A stretch of DNA of 64,000 nucleotides from Hyphococcus sp. (GTDB taxonomy: Bacteria; Pseudomonadota; Alphaproteobacteria; Caulobacterales; Parvularculaceae): NCBI GenBank assembly GCA_021776245.1, contig JAJFGF010000037.1:8945-72944 (forward strand), in the 5' to 3' direction. Both the position numbers and the translations under genes were made by a program. Every line of letters begins with the position of its first letter. Positions within the stretch are counted from its first letter, which is position 1. Below the pieces are notes generated by a model, which saw only the letters and a list, made by a program, of their open reading frames with translations, was not told the DNA's origin and searched no databases. Below, piece by piece: positions 10,640 through 20,192 of this stretch.

Positions 10640-11314
10640 ATGTCTGCAGCTCTCGATGTAACGCCTCCTGATGATGACGATCCCGACGCGCTGGCCCTGT
10701 CGGCGCTGTTATCGTCCCGTGTGTGCCACGATCTCATAAACCCGGTTGGCGCTGTCGGGTCCGGTTTGGAAGTGCTGGACGACCCGTCAATGGAAGGCTC
10801 TATGCGGGAAGCGGCGATGGATCTTATCCAGTCGGGTGCAAAAAAAGCGATTGCGCTGCTGTCTTATGCGCGCCTGGCCTATGGCGCCGCAGGCGGATTT
10901 GGCGCGCAGATCAGCCTGGAAGACGCGCGCAAGGTGCTCGAGGGGGTATATGAGACCCACAAGGCCGATCTTGAATGGGGGCTTGGTGCTGACCTGGCGG
11001 CCAAGGAAAATGTCAAAGTGCTTCTTATTTTGGCCTATGCGGCGGCGGACTGTGTGCCGCGCGGCGGGAAGGTTTCTCTGACCGGCGATATAAACAATTT
11101 TATCATTACGGCGACCGGCAAAAAAGTGCTGCTAAATGAAAGCCTTGTCCGCGCTTTAGGCGGCGATGCCCGCGACATTGCGCCCAAATTCACGCCAGCC
11201 TTGATCGCAGCACGGATGGTCACCGGCGTCGGCGGCGCCATGTCGGCCGATTTGACCGATGACGTGGTGACGTTCCGCGCGTCCTTTGCGTGCGCCTTGG
11301 AAACGGATTCTTAA
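10640..11314 (+). CDS. chpT: histidine phosphotransferase ChpT
   Basis: LLSSRVCHDLINPVGAVGSGLEVLDD is the ChpT HisKA-like helix with the phospho-His. The ORF track starts at a GTG (10628); the ATG at 10640 is preferred. Confidence 0.8.
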   Translation: MSAALDVTPPDDDDPDALALSALLSSRVCHDLINPVGAVGSGLEVLDDPSMEGSMREAAMDLIQSGAKKAIALLSYARLAYGAAGGFGAQISLEDARKVLEGVYETHKADLEWGLGADLAAKENVKVLLILAYAAADCVPRGGKVSLTGDINNFIITATGKKVLLNESLVRALGGDARDIAPKFTPALIAARMVTGVGGAMSADLTDDVVTFRASFACALETDS

Positions 11315-11370
11315 CCGGTCCGTTAACGATAGAATAACGCGCATTTGGCAAAATACAGATTGTCAAAAAA

Positions 11371-11796
11371 ATGGACCCGGTTATGAGCGTCAATAAAACC
11401 TGTCTTGTCGTCGACGATTCTGAAGTCATCCGCGAGATTGCCGTCAGGATTATGTCTGATCTTGGCGTCGATGCCGACGAGGCGGAAAATGCTGCAGCAG
11501 CGGTTGAATATTGCCGCGAGAAAAAGCCCGGTGTGGTTTTGCTGGACTGGGATTTGCCGTCCATGGGTGCGCTGGATTTTTTGCGCGGCGCTGGCGAGTT
11601 GCCGCCCGGCGAAAAACCGGAAATCATTCTATGCGCGACCGAAAATGACCTGCAGCAATTCACGCTCGCGAAGGCGGCGGGCGCGGCGCACTATATTCTG
11701 AAACCATTCGACAAGCGCACGATCGCAGCTAAGCTCCAGGAAATCGGATTACTGGATGGCGAAAGCGAAGCGCTCAACGCTGCGGTCAACAAATAA
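11371..11796 (+). CDS. single-domain response regulator (CheY-like receiver)
   Basis: 141-aa ORF with the acidic pocket VVDDSE, the phospho-acceptor in VLLDWDLP and the conserved K in ILKPF. Confidence 0.8.
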   Translation: MDPVMSVNKTCLVVDDSEVIREIAVRIMSDLGVDADEAENAAAAVEYCREKKPGVVLLDWDLPSMGALDFLRGAGELPPGEKPEIILCATENDLQQFTLAKAAGAAHYILKPFDKRTIAAKLQEIGLLDGESEALNAAVNK

Positions 11797-11808
11797 CGTC
11801 AAATGCGG

Positions 11809-11889
11809 CGCTCAAATCCGGGCCGCGCCGAACTAACGCCTAATTTCTTATGTAGATTTGAGCGGCCTTCCGCGGGTCCGTTCGGCGCG
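11809..11889. other. candidate structured RNA element (two interleaved perfect 10-nt pairings)
   Basis: CGCTCAAATC (11809-11818) is the exact reverse complement of GATTTGAGCG (11855-11864). CGCGCCGAAC (11824-11833) is the exact reverse complement of GTTCGGCGCG (11880-11889). The order is A-B-A'-B'. Confidence 0.35.
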
Positions 11890-11955
11890 CGCGCTGATTT
11901 AGTGGGCCCGAAATTGCCATAGCGTTTTCAATACGAACTGCCTTAGTGAACGTCC

Positions 11956-12771
11956 ATGCCGATTATTCAACTCATCGTTCTGGCGATCATTCAGGGGATT
12001 ACGGAGTTTCTCCCGATCTCTTCCTCTGCGCATCTTATCCTTGCACCTCTTGCAGTAGACGACTGGTCCGACCAGGGCCCGCTGATTGACGTCGCTGCGC
12101 ATGTAGGCTCGCTGGGCGCGGTCCTTCTTTATTTCCGCAATGAGACGGCGATGCTGTTTCGCGGCGGCGTTGATACGTTGAGATTAAAACCAAGCGATGA
12201 CCGCACGCTGTTTTTGTATATCGCCGCCGCCAGCATCCCGCTATTTGCTCTGGCATTTGTTTTTGTGAAGTTTGATATTGTCTCGGCGCTTCGTTCTCCC
12301 GTTGTTATTGGCTGGACCAGCATCATTTTCGGCGGCCTGTTGTGGCATGCGGATCGTGCACCGACGAGCAAACAGGGACTTGACCGCATCGGCTGGCGCG
12401 AAGCGTTGATGATTGGCGCGGCGCAAATGCTGGCGTTGGTTCCCGGCGTTTCGCGCTCCGGCATTACAATGACGGCTGCACGCTATCTTGGCTGGACCCG
12501 GAGCGAAGCGGCGCGATTTTCTATGTTGCTGGCAATCCCTTCGATCTCCGCCCTGGGCTTGTTTGCGGGGATCGATCTGGTCAGGGAGGGGGCCCAGGCA
12601 GATATGGTCGGCGCACTAATTGTCGCGGTTCTATCGTTCTTTTCCGCGTTGGCGGCCATTGCGTTCCTGATGCGCTTGACGCAAAAAATAAGCTTTACGC
12701 CTTTCGTCGTTTACCGGGTTGTCTTCGGAATCATTCTCCTGATTTTCGCCGGGGCGCTGGCTGAAGGATAG
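11956..12771 (+). CDS. uppP: undecaprenyl-diphosphate phosphatase
   Basis: 271-aa polytopic ORF with the QGITEFLPISSSAHL and SRSG motifs. Confidence 0.95.
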   Translation: MPIIQLIVLAIIQGITEFLPISSSAHLILAPLAVDDWSDQGPLIDVAAHVGSLGAVLLYFRNETAMLFRGGVDTLRLKPSDDRTLFLYIAAASIPLFALAFVFVKFDIVSALRSPVVIGWTSIIFGGLLWHADRAPTSKQGLDRIGWREALMIGAAQMLALVPGVSRSGITMTAARYLGWTRSEAARFSMLLAIPSISALGLFAGIDLVREGAQADMVGALIVAVLSFFSALAAIAFLMRLTQKISFTPFVVYRVVFGIILLIFAGALAEG

Positions 12772-12774
12772 TCA

Positions 12775-13146
12775 ATGACCCATGTTACAGGTCTCGGCGG
12801 CGTTTTTTTTCGGGCGCAAGACCCGGATTCCGTTATCCAATGGTATAAGGACGTTCTCGACATCGACATTGGCGGCGAAGCAATGTGGCGCCAGGAAGCT
12901 GGGCTGACAGTTTATGCGCCGTTTAAAGCGGACACCGATTATTTCGGCAGTCCCGACCAACAATTCATGATCAATTTTCGCGTCAATGATCTCGACGGGT
13001 TGATTGCGGATTTGAAGGCAAAGGGCGTTGACGTGAAAACTGATCCGGAGTGGGATGCAATGCCGGAAATCGGAAAGTTTGCACGCATCCATGATCCCGT
13101 GGGAACGCCGATTGAATTGTGGGAACCGGGAGAGGATTGCACATAA
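12775..13146 (+). CDS. VOC (glyoxalase/bleomycin-resistance) family protein
   Basis: 123-aa ORF with the typical VOC beta-alpha-beta-beta-beta pattern and a C-terminal DPVGTPIELWE. Confidence 0.8.
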   Translation: MTHVTGLGGVFFRAQDPDSVIQWYKDVLDIDIGGEAMWRQEAGLTVYAPFKADTDYFGSPDQQFMINFRVNDLDGLIADLKAKGVDVKTDPEWDAMPEIGKFARIHDPVGTPIELWEPGEDCT

Positions 13147-13800
13147 ATGAACGGTGAACCGACAGGCCCGGTTGAAATCCGGCAGCTATTTCCTGTGCCG
13201 ATAATGGTGACAACCGTGTCGAATGCGCCGGCGCTTAATGCCGCCCTGATGGATGTTATTCAGAAAAATCGTGCGCAATCACCCGGGCTCGCGCGCTCCA
13301 ATATTTTGGGGTGGCATTCCGACACAGAAATGCTCCGCTGGGGCGGAGAGCCGGCTAAGACGTTGGGATTGGCGATGCTCCAGACATGCGGTCAGCGTAC
13401 GGATGATGTCGGTATGAAGGCCGGACAGCCGCGCTTTGAAATGATCATGGAAATGTGGGCGAACATTTCGCCCGCAAATGCGTCAAATCAGATGCATTGT
13501 CATCCGGGCTGCATCTGGTCGGGCGTGTATTTTGTTGATGACGGCGGCGATGCGTCGAGCAAGCTGGTTTTGCTGGATCCGAATTACCCGACTAACCGGA
13601 TGTATGCGCCGGACCTTCAATTTGTCGGCGATGGCGGCGAGCGATTCCCGGTGCGTCACGAAATTGAACCGGCGCCTGGACGCATGGTAATTTTCCCATC
13701 CTGGCTCAATCATGCGGTCAAGCCCTATAAAGGGCCACGCGAGCGCGTTTCAATTGCAATGAATGTGATGGCGTTGCCAGATCGCTCGGCGGGTTCTTGA
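13147..13800 (+). CDS. TIGR02466-like putative 2OG-Fe(II) oxygenase family protein
   Basis: 217-aa ORF with the MHCHPG ... SGVYFV ... FPSWLNHAV pattern. Confidence 0.65.
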   Translation: MNGEPTGPVEIRQLFPVPIMVTTVSNAPALNAALMDVIQKNRAQSPGLARSNILGWHSDTEMLRWGGEPAKTLGLAMLQTCGQRTDDVGMKAGQPRFEMIMEMWANISPANASNQMHCHPGCIWSGVYFVDDGGDASSKLVLLDPNYPTNRMYAPDLQFVGDGGERFPVRHEIEPAPGRMVIFPSWLNHAVKPYKGPRERVSIAMNVMALPDRSAGS

Positions 13801-13903
13801 TTTTCAACTTTGAGGTCGCCTGGTCAGCTCTGGCGCTTTCGTCCAAGGTTGAACTGGGCAATAGTAGCGCTGCAGACAGGGCTGATAATTGCAGGAGGCG
13901 CGG

Positions 13904-14827
13904 ATGAAACTTCCAATATTAAAGGCTTTTTTTGCCAGCTTTGCGTATTTTTCGATGCGGTTTTGGGATGTGATTCGAGCGAATTGGCTTCCGGTTTTAT
14001 TGTTACACGGCGCTATGATTTTGATAATGCCGCGATATTTGGAACCGATGATGCAATTGCAGGCCATTGATCCGAATGCTGATCCGTCGGCGGTGTTTTC
14101 AGCGATGGGGCCAGCGTTTCAATGGATGGCGCTTTTATATCTGTCCATGGCAATTCTTTATCCGATGTTGATTGCGGGCAATTTGCGCCCAATTCTGCGC
14201 GGCGAAACGCCGTCTTTGCCGTTTTACTTTCAGTTCGGCATGGATGAGTTGCGCGTGCTGATCTCACTTATTTTGTGGTTCGTCATGGCCCTTGTCGGCT
14301 ACGTCGTCGGCTTCCTCGCTATCATGGCTGTGGGCCTTGCTCTTACAGCGCTTTCCCCGGCAATCGGAGGACCTGTCATGGCGGTTGGCATTATTGCCTT
14401 TGTCGGCGCAATTTTTTGGTTTGCTGTACGCATGTCGCTTATTTTTCCTGCAACGATTGCGGAGCGCAATATTGGAATACCGTATTCATGGCGCATAACG
14501 AAGGGCGCCAGTTGGAGTTTGGCAGCGTATTGGTTGCTGTGGCTGGCGTTCTTTTTGGTAATTGCCGTTTTGTATTTGGCAATCGTTTTGCCCGGCTATT
14601 ATAGCGTTATGGGTGAAATGATTGCCGCCGGTGACGACCAGATGGCGCAACAGGCAGCCGCCACGAAAATCAATCAGATGCAGCTCGACATGTGGGATGT
14701 TTCCAAATCAGGGGGAAAGATCAATATCGCATTCAGTTATGTCTATACGCTGCTGACTGTCGCTTTATGGAATATCGCTGCGGGCACGGCCTATCGATAT
14801 CTGACTGAAGACAAGGGCGGATCATAA
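13904..14827 (+). CDS. polytopic membrane protein of unknown function
   Basis: ATG at 13904 preceded by GCAGGAGG. Several hydrophobic helices. No family recognised. Confidence 0.6.
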   Translation: MKLPILKAFFASFAYFSMRFWDVIRANWLPVLLLHGAMILIMPRYLEPMMQLQAIDPNADPSAVFSAMGPAFQWMALLYLSMAILYPMLIAGNLRPILRGETPSLPFYFQFGMDELRVLISLILWFVMALVGYVVGFLAIMAVGLALTALSPAIGGPVMAVGIIAFVGAIFWFAVRMSLIFPATIAERNIGIPYSWRITKGASWSLAAYWLLWLAFFLVIAVLYLAIVLPGYYSVMGEMIAAGDDQMAQQAAATKINQMQLDMWDVSKSGGKINIAFSYVYTLLTVALWNIAAGTAYRYLTEDKGGS

Positions 14828-14917
14828 ACTTCATTGATACCTGAAAACCGCCTTGCTTGGGGCCATTTTTGCATGCATGAGCAGATCTTTTCGGGCGGCG
14901 ATCGAGGTAGCCAGGCG

Positions 14918-15910
14918 ATGGATATCAATGAATACGCGATAACGGCGGACGGCGTGCGCCGCGCTGCAAAACGCCTCGCCGGCCGGACAATCCGAACGCC
15001 GTTAATCGAAAATGAGTTTTTGAATGATGCGGCAGGCGGGCGGGTGCTGGTCAAGGCCGAAGTGCTGCAGCATTGCGGTTCGTTCAAGTTTCGAGGCGCA
15101 TTTAATTTGATCTCGCAATTATCTGACGAGGCCGGCCGAAATGGCGTCCTTGCATGGTCGTCGGGCAATCATGCGCAGGGTGTTGCCCGTGCGGCGCGCC
15201 ATTTCAACTTGCCGGCGACGATCATAATGCCGACGGATGCGCCTTCCCTTAAAGTCGAAAAGGTTCGCGCGTTTGGCGCCGCGATTGTTTTGTACGACCG
15301 TTATTCAGAAGATCGAGAGGCGATTGCGCGGCCCATTCAAGAAGAACGTGGCATGGCGCTGGCGCCGTCTTATGACCACCCGCATATCATCGAAGGGCAG
15401 GGTACGCTGGCTTTGGAGGTTTTCGAGGACGCGTCTGCCCAGGGCGCTGAACTTGACGCCTTTGTGATTTGCTGCGGAGGCGGCGGTCTGACCTCCGGGT
15501 GCGCGACCATTCTCGATAACATTTCCCCCGGAACCGATGTCTGGATTTCGGAACCGGAGGGGTTTGACGAGGCCTGGGCATCTATTCGCGACGGTGAGCG
15601 GCGCCATGCCGATATCAAACAGCGAACAATTTGCGATGCGATTGCGACCCCGACGCCCGGCATACTGACCCTGCCGATTATGCAGCGCCTTGTAAAAGGC
15701 GGTGTCTCTGTGAGCGAAGACGATGTCGGGCGGGCGATGGCGTTCGCCTTTAAGCATCTAAAGCTGGTCGTTGAGCCAGGCGGCGCTGTCGCGCTGGCGG
15801 CCATTCTCTCAGGAAAATTTGATGGGAAAGATAAAACAACCGCGATTACGCTTTCCGGTGGGAATGTTGACCCTCCGCTCTTTGCCTCGATCCTTGAGCG
15901 GTTTGGTTGA
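14918..15910 (+). CDS. PLP-dependent threonine/serine dehydratase-like enzyme
   Basis: The PLP lysine motif GSFKFRGA and the glycine loop CCGGGGL are present. The start was moved to MDINEY (14918). Confidence 0.85.
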   Translation: MDINEYAITADGVRRAAKRLAGRTIRTPLIENEFLNDAAGGRVLVKAEVLQHCGSFKFRGAFNLISQLSDEAGRNGVLAWSSGNHAQGVARAARHFNLPATIIMPTDAPSLKVEKVRAFGAAIVLYDRYSEDREAIARPIQEERGMALAPSYDHPHIIEGQGTLALEVFEDASAQGAELDAFVICCGGGGLTSGCATILDNISPGTDVWISEPEGFDEAWASIRDGERRHADIKQRTICDAIATPTPGILTLPIMQRLVKGGVSVSEDDVGRAMAFAFKHLKLVVEPGGAVALAAILSGKFDGKDKTTAITLSGGNVDPPLFASILERFG

Positions 15911-16095
15911 CAGAAATAATATATATAGAACAATACCTTAGTACTAATATGCGAAGCCGGGGTTGAACTACCCTGTGCAAAAAACGATGATTGAAATGTT
16001 ACAATGTATCCCTACATGAGGGATGGTCCGGAATTGAAGCAAATCGGTTGAAAAGCCCGCGCCAGGGCTGATTTTCTGGCGGATTTTAATAGTCG

Positions 16096-16111
16096 CGTAA
16101 CCATAATTACG
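16096..16111. promoter_or_regulatory. CGTAA-N6-TTACG inverted repeat upstream of the DUF1150 gene
   Basis: CGTAA CCATAA TTACG lies 77 nt upstream of the ATG at 16188. The same half-sites and spacing recur at 59227-59242, upstream of luxR. Confidence 0.3.
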
Positions 16112-16187
16112 TTCATGGTTTGCTAGCCTATCTACGGCACACTGAAGCGATTAACGGATACCGAAAAAGGATATAGGCACGGATATA

Positions 16188-16484
16188 ATGGCAGCGCCAA
16201 AAGATCATTCTTGGGATGACTTGACCGTCGATAAACCGGTTTCCGTTCGTGAGCTGGCAGAACTTGGCGGGCGTAAGCTGGTCTATATTCGTGCGGTAAT
16301 CGCTCGTGATGTGATCGACGATCTCGTCGACGAAGACGGCGATATGGAAATCGACATTGAAGATGATGCGCTGCTTTATTCGGTCCATTCATCGACCGGT
16401 GAACGCATTGCCCTTGTCGGCGACCGCGAGCTTGCATTTGCGGCTGCACGCCAGTTCGAAATGAATCCTGTCAGCGTGCATTAG
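16188..16484 (+). CDS. DUF1150 family protein
   Basis: 98-aa ORF. The pattern LAELGGRKLVYIR ... ALVGDRELAFAAAR ... NPVSVH matches DUF1150. Confidence 0.7.
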   Translation: MAAPKDHSWDDLTVDKPVSVRELAELGGRKLVYIRAVIARDVIDDLVDEDGDMEIDIEDDALLYSVHSSTGERIALVGDRELAFAAARQFEMNPVSVH

Positions 16485-16555
16485 CGCGAGTTCACGCCTG
16501 AATTGTACGCAGCAAATGCTCTAGCCTGATGACTTTTTACTCGTCGCTTGCGGCG

Positions 16556-17035
16556 CTATGCGGCGTGGTGTTTGAGATCAGTTGTCGCGATGGCGAACAG
16601 CGCCTCCGCAGAGTCTGCGCCGCGTAGCGCATCGCGCGCTTCGCGATCACGCAACAGCCGCGATACTTTCGCAAGCGCCTTGAGATGCGCTGCCGTTGCA
16701 TTTGCCGGCGCGAGCAACATGAAAATCAAGTCAACTGGTTGATCATCCAGCGCATCGAAACTGACAGGTGTTTCAAGGCGCGCCAGAAGCCCGGTGATTT
16801 CGCCGAGACCTTCAATTTTGCCATGCGGGATCGCAACGCCGTCGCCGACGCCCGTTGAGCCAAGCTGTTCGCGCTCCAGCAGCGTGGCCATAATATTTGA
16901 CGCAGGCATGTCAGCGAGGCCGCTGGCTGCTTCCGCCAGCTCATGGAGTGCTTCGCGTTTACACCGGGCTTTAATATTATAGAGAACGCCTTGCGGCTTT
17001 AGGAGATCTTGAAGTCCCATCACACTCACTTGCAC
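16556..17035 (-). CDS. ptsN: PTS IIA-like nitrogen regulatory protein PtsN
   Basis: 159-aa ORF with the active-site GVAIPHG. It sits in the conserved rpoN-hpf-ptsN context. Confidence 0.9.
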   Translation of the reverse strand: MQVSVMGLQDLLKPQGVLYNIKARCKREALHELAEAASGLADMPASNIMATLLEREQLGSTGVGDGVAIPHGKIEGLGEITGLLARLETPVSFDALDDQPVDLIFMLLAPANATAAHLKALAKVSRLLRDREARDALRGADSAEALFAIATTDLKHHAA

Positions 17036-17149
17036 AAAAAACAGCTTGCGAACCTTTATCCTGCAGAATTCAGGCCGGGTCGCTTGCCGCTACCTTACTA
17101 GATGATGAATTTACCAAATTTTTCCACACAAAATTATTAATACGCCTGA

Positions 17150-17725
17150 TCAGGCAGACGGATCAATCCAGCCGATATGCCCATCTCGGCGACGATACAC
17201 AACATTGATTCGACCATGCGCGGCATTTTTAAATACAATTGCAGGTTGTTCCGCCAAATCAAGCTGCATCACGGCGGCCCCGACGGTCATTTCCCGCAGC
17301 GCCGTTTGGCTCTCGGCAATAATGACGGGAACGTGATCGGCGTCGACAGCTTCATCCTCCTGCTCCTCCGGCAATGCCTCCAAAAGGTAATAGGAGGCGT
17401 TTTCGGCCGGCAGGGGTTCCTTGCCGTTGGTGTGATGATTTTTAAGCCGGCGCTTATATCGGCGGATCCGCTTTTCGAGCTTTTCGAGGCTCTCATCAAA
17501 CGCCCCGTAAGCGTCTCCACCTTCGCCATGGGCCGCCAAAAAGACGCCTGACGCCAGATGGGCGGTTACGTCGCACTCAATCAGGTGCCTTTCGCGCGAA
17601 AAGGTCACGGCGACCTCCGCGCCGCGGTCGAAAAATTTGCGAACGCCGTCGGTGAGTTTTTCGGCGACATGGGATTGCAGGGCGTTGCCCAGATCCATGT
17701 TTTTCCCGCTGACCTGTATGTCCAT
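17150..17725 (-). CDS. hpf: ribosome hibernation promoting factor (long form)
   Basis: 191-aa ORF starting MDIQVSGKNMDLGNALQSHV, located downstream of rpoN. Confidence 0.9.
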   Translation of the reverse strand: MDIQVSGKNMDLGNALQSHVAEKLTDGVRKFFDRGAEVAVTFSRERHLIECDVTAHLASGVFLAAHGEGGDAYGAFDESLEKLEKRIRRYKRRLKNHHTNGKEPLPAENASYYLLEALPEEQEDEAVDADHVPVIIAESQTALREMTVGAAVMQLDLAEQPAIVFKNAAHGRINVVYRRRDGHIGWIDPSA

Positions 17726-17801
17726 TGGGTCTCCTGACCATAGCGGCCTTCAGGAACCGCCTTCATCTTTTATATCGACAATAAATGCGCGGATTAAAGG
17801 T

Positions 17802-19313
17802 TTAGATCGCGGTTTGCAACATTGTCCTACGGCGCTGGACCGATGAGGGGATATTCAACGTTTCCCGGTACTTAGCCACCGTCCGCCGGGCGATATCGAT
17901 CCCTTCGCCCTGCAATATATCGACGATTTTGTCGTCGGAAAAAATATTTTCCTTGGTTTCGGCGCCGATCAGCTCGCGGATGCGGTGACGCACAGCTTCG
18001 GCCGAGTGGGCCTCGCCGCCGCCTGTCGATGCGATGGAGGCGGTGAAGAAATATTTCAGCTCGAAAAGGCCTCTCGGCGTCGCCATATATTTATTCGAAG
18101 TGACGCGCGACACGGTCGATTCGTGCATCTCAATCGCATCGGCGACGACTTTGAGATTTAGCGGGCGCAGGTGCTTGACGCCATAAGCGAAAAAACCGTC
18201 CTGTTGGCGGACAATTTCGCTGGAGACTTTGAGGATCGTTCTGGCGCGCTGATCTAGGCTTTTTGCAAGCCAATTAGCGTTGGCGAATTGTTCCGTGACA
18301 AAGACCTTGTCTTTTTCGTCTGAACTGGCTGCAGAGATTTCAGCATAATAATGCTGGTCGACTAAAACACGCGGCAAGGTATGGTTGTTAAGTTCCACCT
18401 TCCAGCCGCCGTCGGGCGCTTTGCGCACGAAGACATCCGGAATAACGGTCTGGACAGCGCTGCCGCCAAAAGCATAGCCTGGCTTGGGCGTGAGGGCGCG
18501 CACTTCCGCAATCATATCGCGCACGTCTTCTTCATCAGCCTGCGTTGCTTTGATCAAGCCTTTCAAATCAGCTTTAGCGAGCAGTTCGATATTTTCGATG
18601 AACGCCTGCATCGCGGGGTCGTAGCGGTCCGCGTCTATCAGCTGCAGTTTCAAACACTCTTTCAAGTCCCGGGCGCCGATGCCGCATGGATCAAATGTTG
18701 TGATCAGTTTGTGCGTCGCCTCAACATCGGCGAGATCGGCGCCAAGGCGCTCTGCAACGGCGGCTAATGAGTCGCGCAAATAACCGGCCTCATCAATCAT
18801 GTCGATCAGATAAGCGCCGATGAAAAGTTCCGTTGGGCAGCGTGTCGCGACTGTCAATTGCTCGCCAAGATGTTCTGCAAGCGAGATTTCCTTGGAGAGC
18901 GTAGCGCCGAATTCACGATCCTCCCCATCGAAACTGCCGCCCGAGCCGGCCGAGGCCCAGTCATTCGTGCGATAATCGCTGGCGGCGGCGTCGCTGCCCG
19001 CGCCGCTCTGATCGATGTCTTCATATTCAGCGTCGAGTGATTCGCTCGCTTCCCGCGTCGGCGTTTCAGTCGACAGGTCGATTTCTGAATTTGCTGCGGG
19101 GGCGGCTTCAGCCTCCTTTTCGCCGCGCCGTTCGGGCGCACCGTCATCGGGGTTTTCCCCGCGTTCCAGGAATGGATTTTCTTCGAGTTGTTCTTCGACG
19201 AATTCAGCCAGCTCGAGATTCGATAATTGCAGCAGCTTGATCGCTTGCTGCAGCTGCGGCGTCATCACCAGCTGTTGTGATTGCCGAAATTCAAGTTTTG
19301 GAGCTAACGCCAC
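17802..19313 (-). CDS. rpoN: RNA polymerase sigma-54 factor
   Basis: 503-aa ORF with region I LSQQLVMTPQLQQAIKLLQLSNLEL and the RpoN box ARRTVAKYR. Confidence 0.97.
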   Translation of the reverse strand: MALAPKLEFRQSQQLVMTPQLQQAIKLLQLSNLELAEFVEEQLEENPFLERGENPDDGAPERRGEKEAEAAPAANSEIDLSTETPTREASESLDAEYEDIDQSGAGSDAAASDYRTNDWASAGSGGSFDGEDREFGATLSKEISLAEHLGEQLTVATRCPTELFIGAYLIDMIDEAGYLRDSLAAVAERLGADLADVEATHKLITTFDPCGIGARDLKECLKLQLIDADRYDPAMQAFIENIELLAKADLKGLIKATQADEEDVRDMIAEVRALTPKPGYAFGGSAVQTVIPDVFVRKAPDGGWKVELNNHTLPRVLVDQHYYAEISAASSDEKDKVFVTEQFANANWLAKSLDQRARTILKVSSEIVRQQDGFFAYGVKHLRPLNLKVVADAIEMHESTVSRVTSNKYMATPRGLFELKYFFTASIASTGGGEAHSAEAVRHRIRELIGAETKENIFSDDKIVDILQGEGIDIARRTVAKYRETLNIPSSVQRRRTMLQTAI

Positions 19314-19330
19314 AATGCCCCCGCATGCCC

Positions 19331-20146
19331 TTACATTTGGAAGCGATCGCCAAGGTAAACCCTGCGGACATCTTCGTCGCCGACAATGTCTCCGGGCGCC
19401 CCTTCAAGCAACACTTCGCCTTCGTGAATGATATATGCGCGATCTATAATATCGAGCGTTTCGCGCACATTGTGGTCAGTGATCAGAACGCCAAGACCGC
19501 GTTCTTTAAGATGAGAAACAAGCTCGCGTATTTCTCCAATCGCAAGCGGGTCGATGCCCGCAAAGGGCTCGTCGAGGAGCATAAAAGCCGGCCCGGTCGC
19601 CAGCGCGCGTGCAATCTCCACACGCCGTCGCTCACCGCCAGAAAGTGCAATCGCCGGGGCGCCGCGCAAATGCGTGATATGAAATTCATTCAACAGATCA
19701 TCAATGATCGATTGTTGTTTGTCCTTGTTGTTCTCGACAAGCTCTACGACGGCGCGCAGATTTTGTTCGACCGTGAGCCCGCGAAAAATAGAGGCTTCCT
19801 GTGGCAAATATCCGACGCCTAATCGGGCGCGCTGATACATGGGCAGATTGGTGACGTCGTGGCCGTCGATCGCAATCCTTCCGCGGTCCGCCGGTATCAG
19901 CCCGGTGATCATGTAAAAACAGGTTGTTTTACCGGCCCCGTTCGGGCCCAGCAATCCGACGACCTCGCCCCTTTTGACGCTGATGGATACGCCACGCACG
20001 ACCGGTCGCCGCTTAAAGGATTTTCCAAGGTTTTCCGCCAAAAGCCCGCCTGTGCCTTCGACAATTGTCGGTTTCAGCTTCTTGGGCTGAACCTGCGCAT
20101 TGGCTGGCGCGGATATCTCTGCGGGCGTTTCCATATTCTCACTCAT
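19331..20146 (-). CDS. lptB: LPS export ABC transporter ATP-binding protein
   Basis: 271-aa ORF with Walker A GPNGAGKTT, the signature LSGGERRR and Walker B MLLDEP. Confidence 0.95.
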   Translation of the reverse strand: MSENMETPAEISAPANAQVQPKKLKPTIVEGTGGLLAENLGKSFKRRPVVRGVSISVKRGEVVGLLGPNGAGKTTCFYMITGLIPADRGRIAIDGHDVTNLPMYQRARLGVGYLPQEASIFRGLTVEQNLRAVVELVENNKDKQQSIIDDLLNEFHITHLRGAPAIALSGGERRRVEIARALATGPAFMLLDEPFAGIDPLAIGEIRELVSHLKERGLGVLITDHNVRETLDIIDRAYIIHEGEVLLEGAPGDIVGDEDVRRVYLGDRFQM

Positions 20147-20192
20147 TAAGGGCGCCTCTCTTTAACGTTCAGTGAAATTCAGGGGTTATTCG

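Noticed and set aside
11311-11327. CtrA-box-like TTAACCGGTCCGTTAAC at the chpT stop
   Set aside because: The spacer is 8 nt, not the canonical TTAA-N7-TTAAC, so it is not called as a CtrA site.
15991-16017. Second sigma-32-like promoter (TTGAAA-N13-CCCTACAT) upstream of the DUF1150 gene, with a possible RNA thermometer in the long leader
   Set aside because: The -10 is a weaker match. A terminator-like hairpin (AGCCC-GCGCCA-GGGCT followed by a T-run, about 16053-16075) lies between it and the gene. The proposed pairing between the SD region and GCCTATC is short and bulged. This is too speculative to list as a feature.
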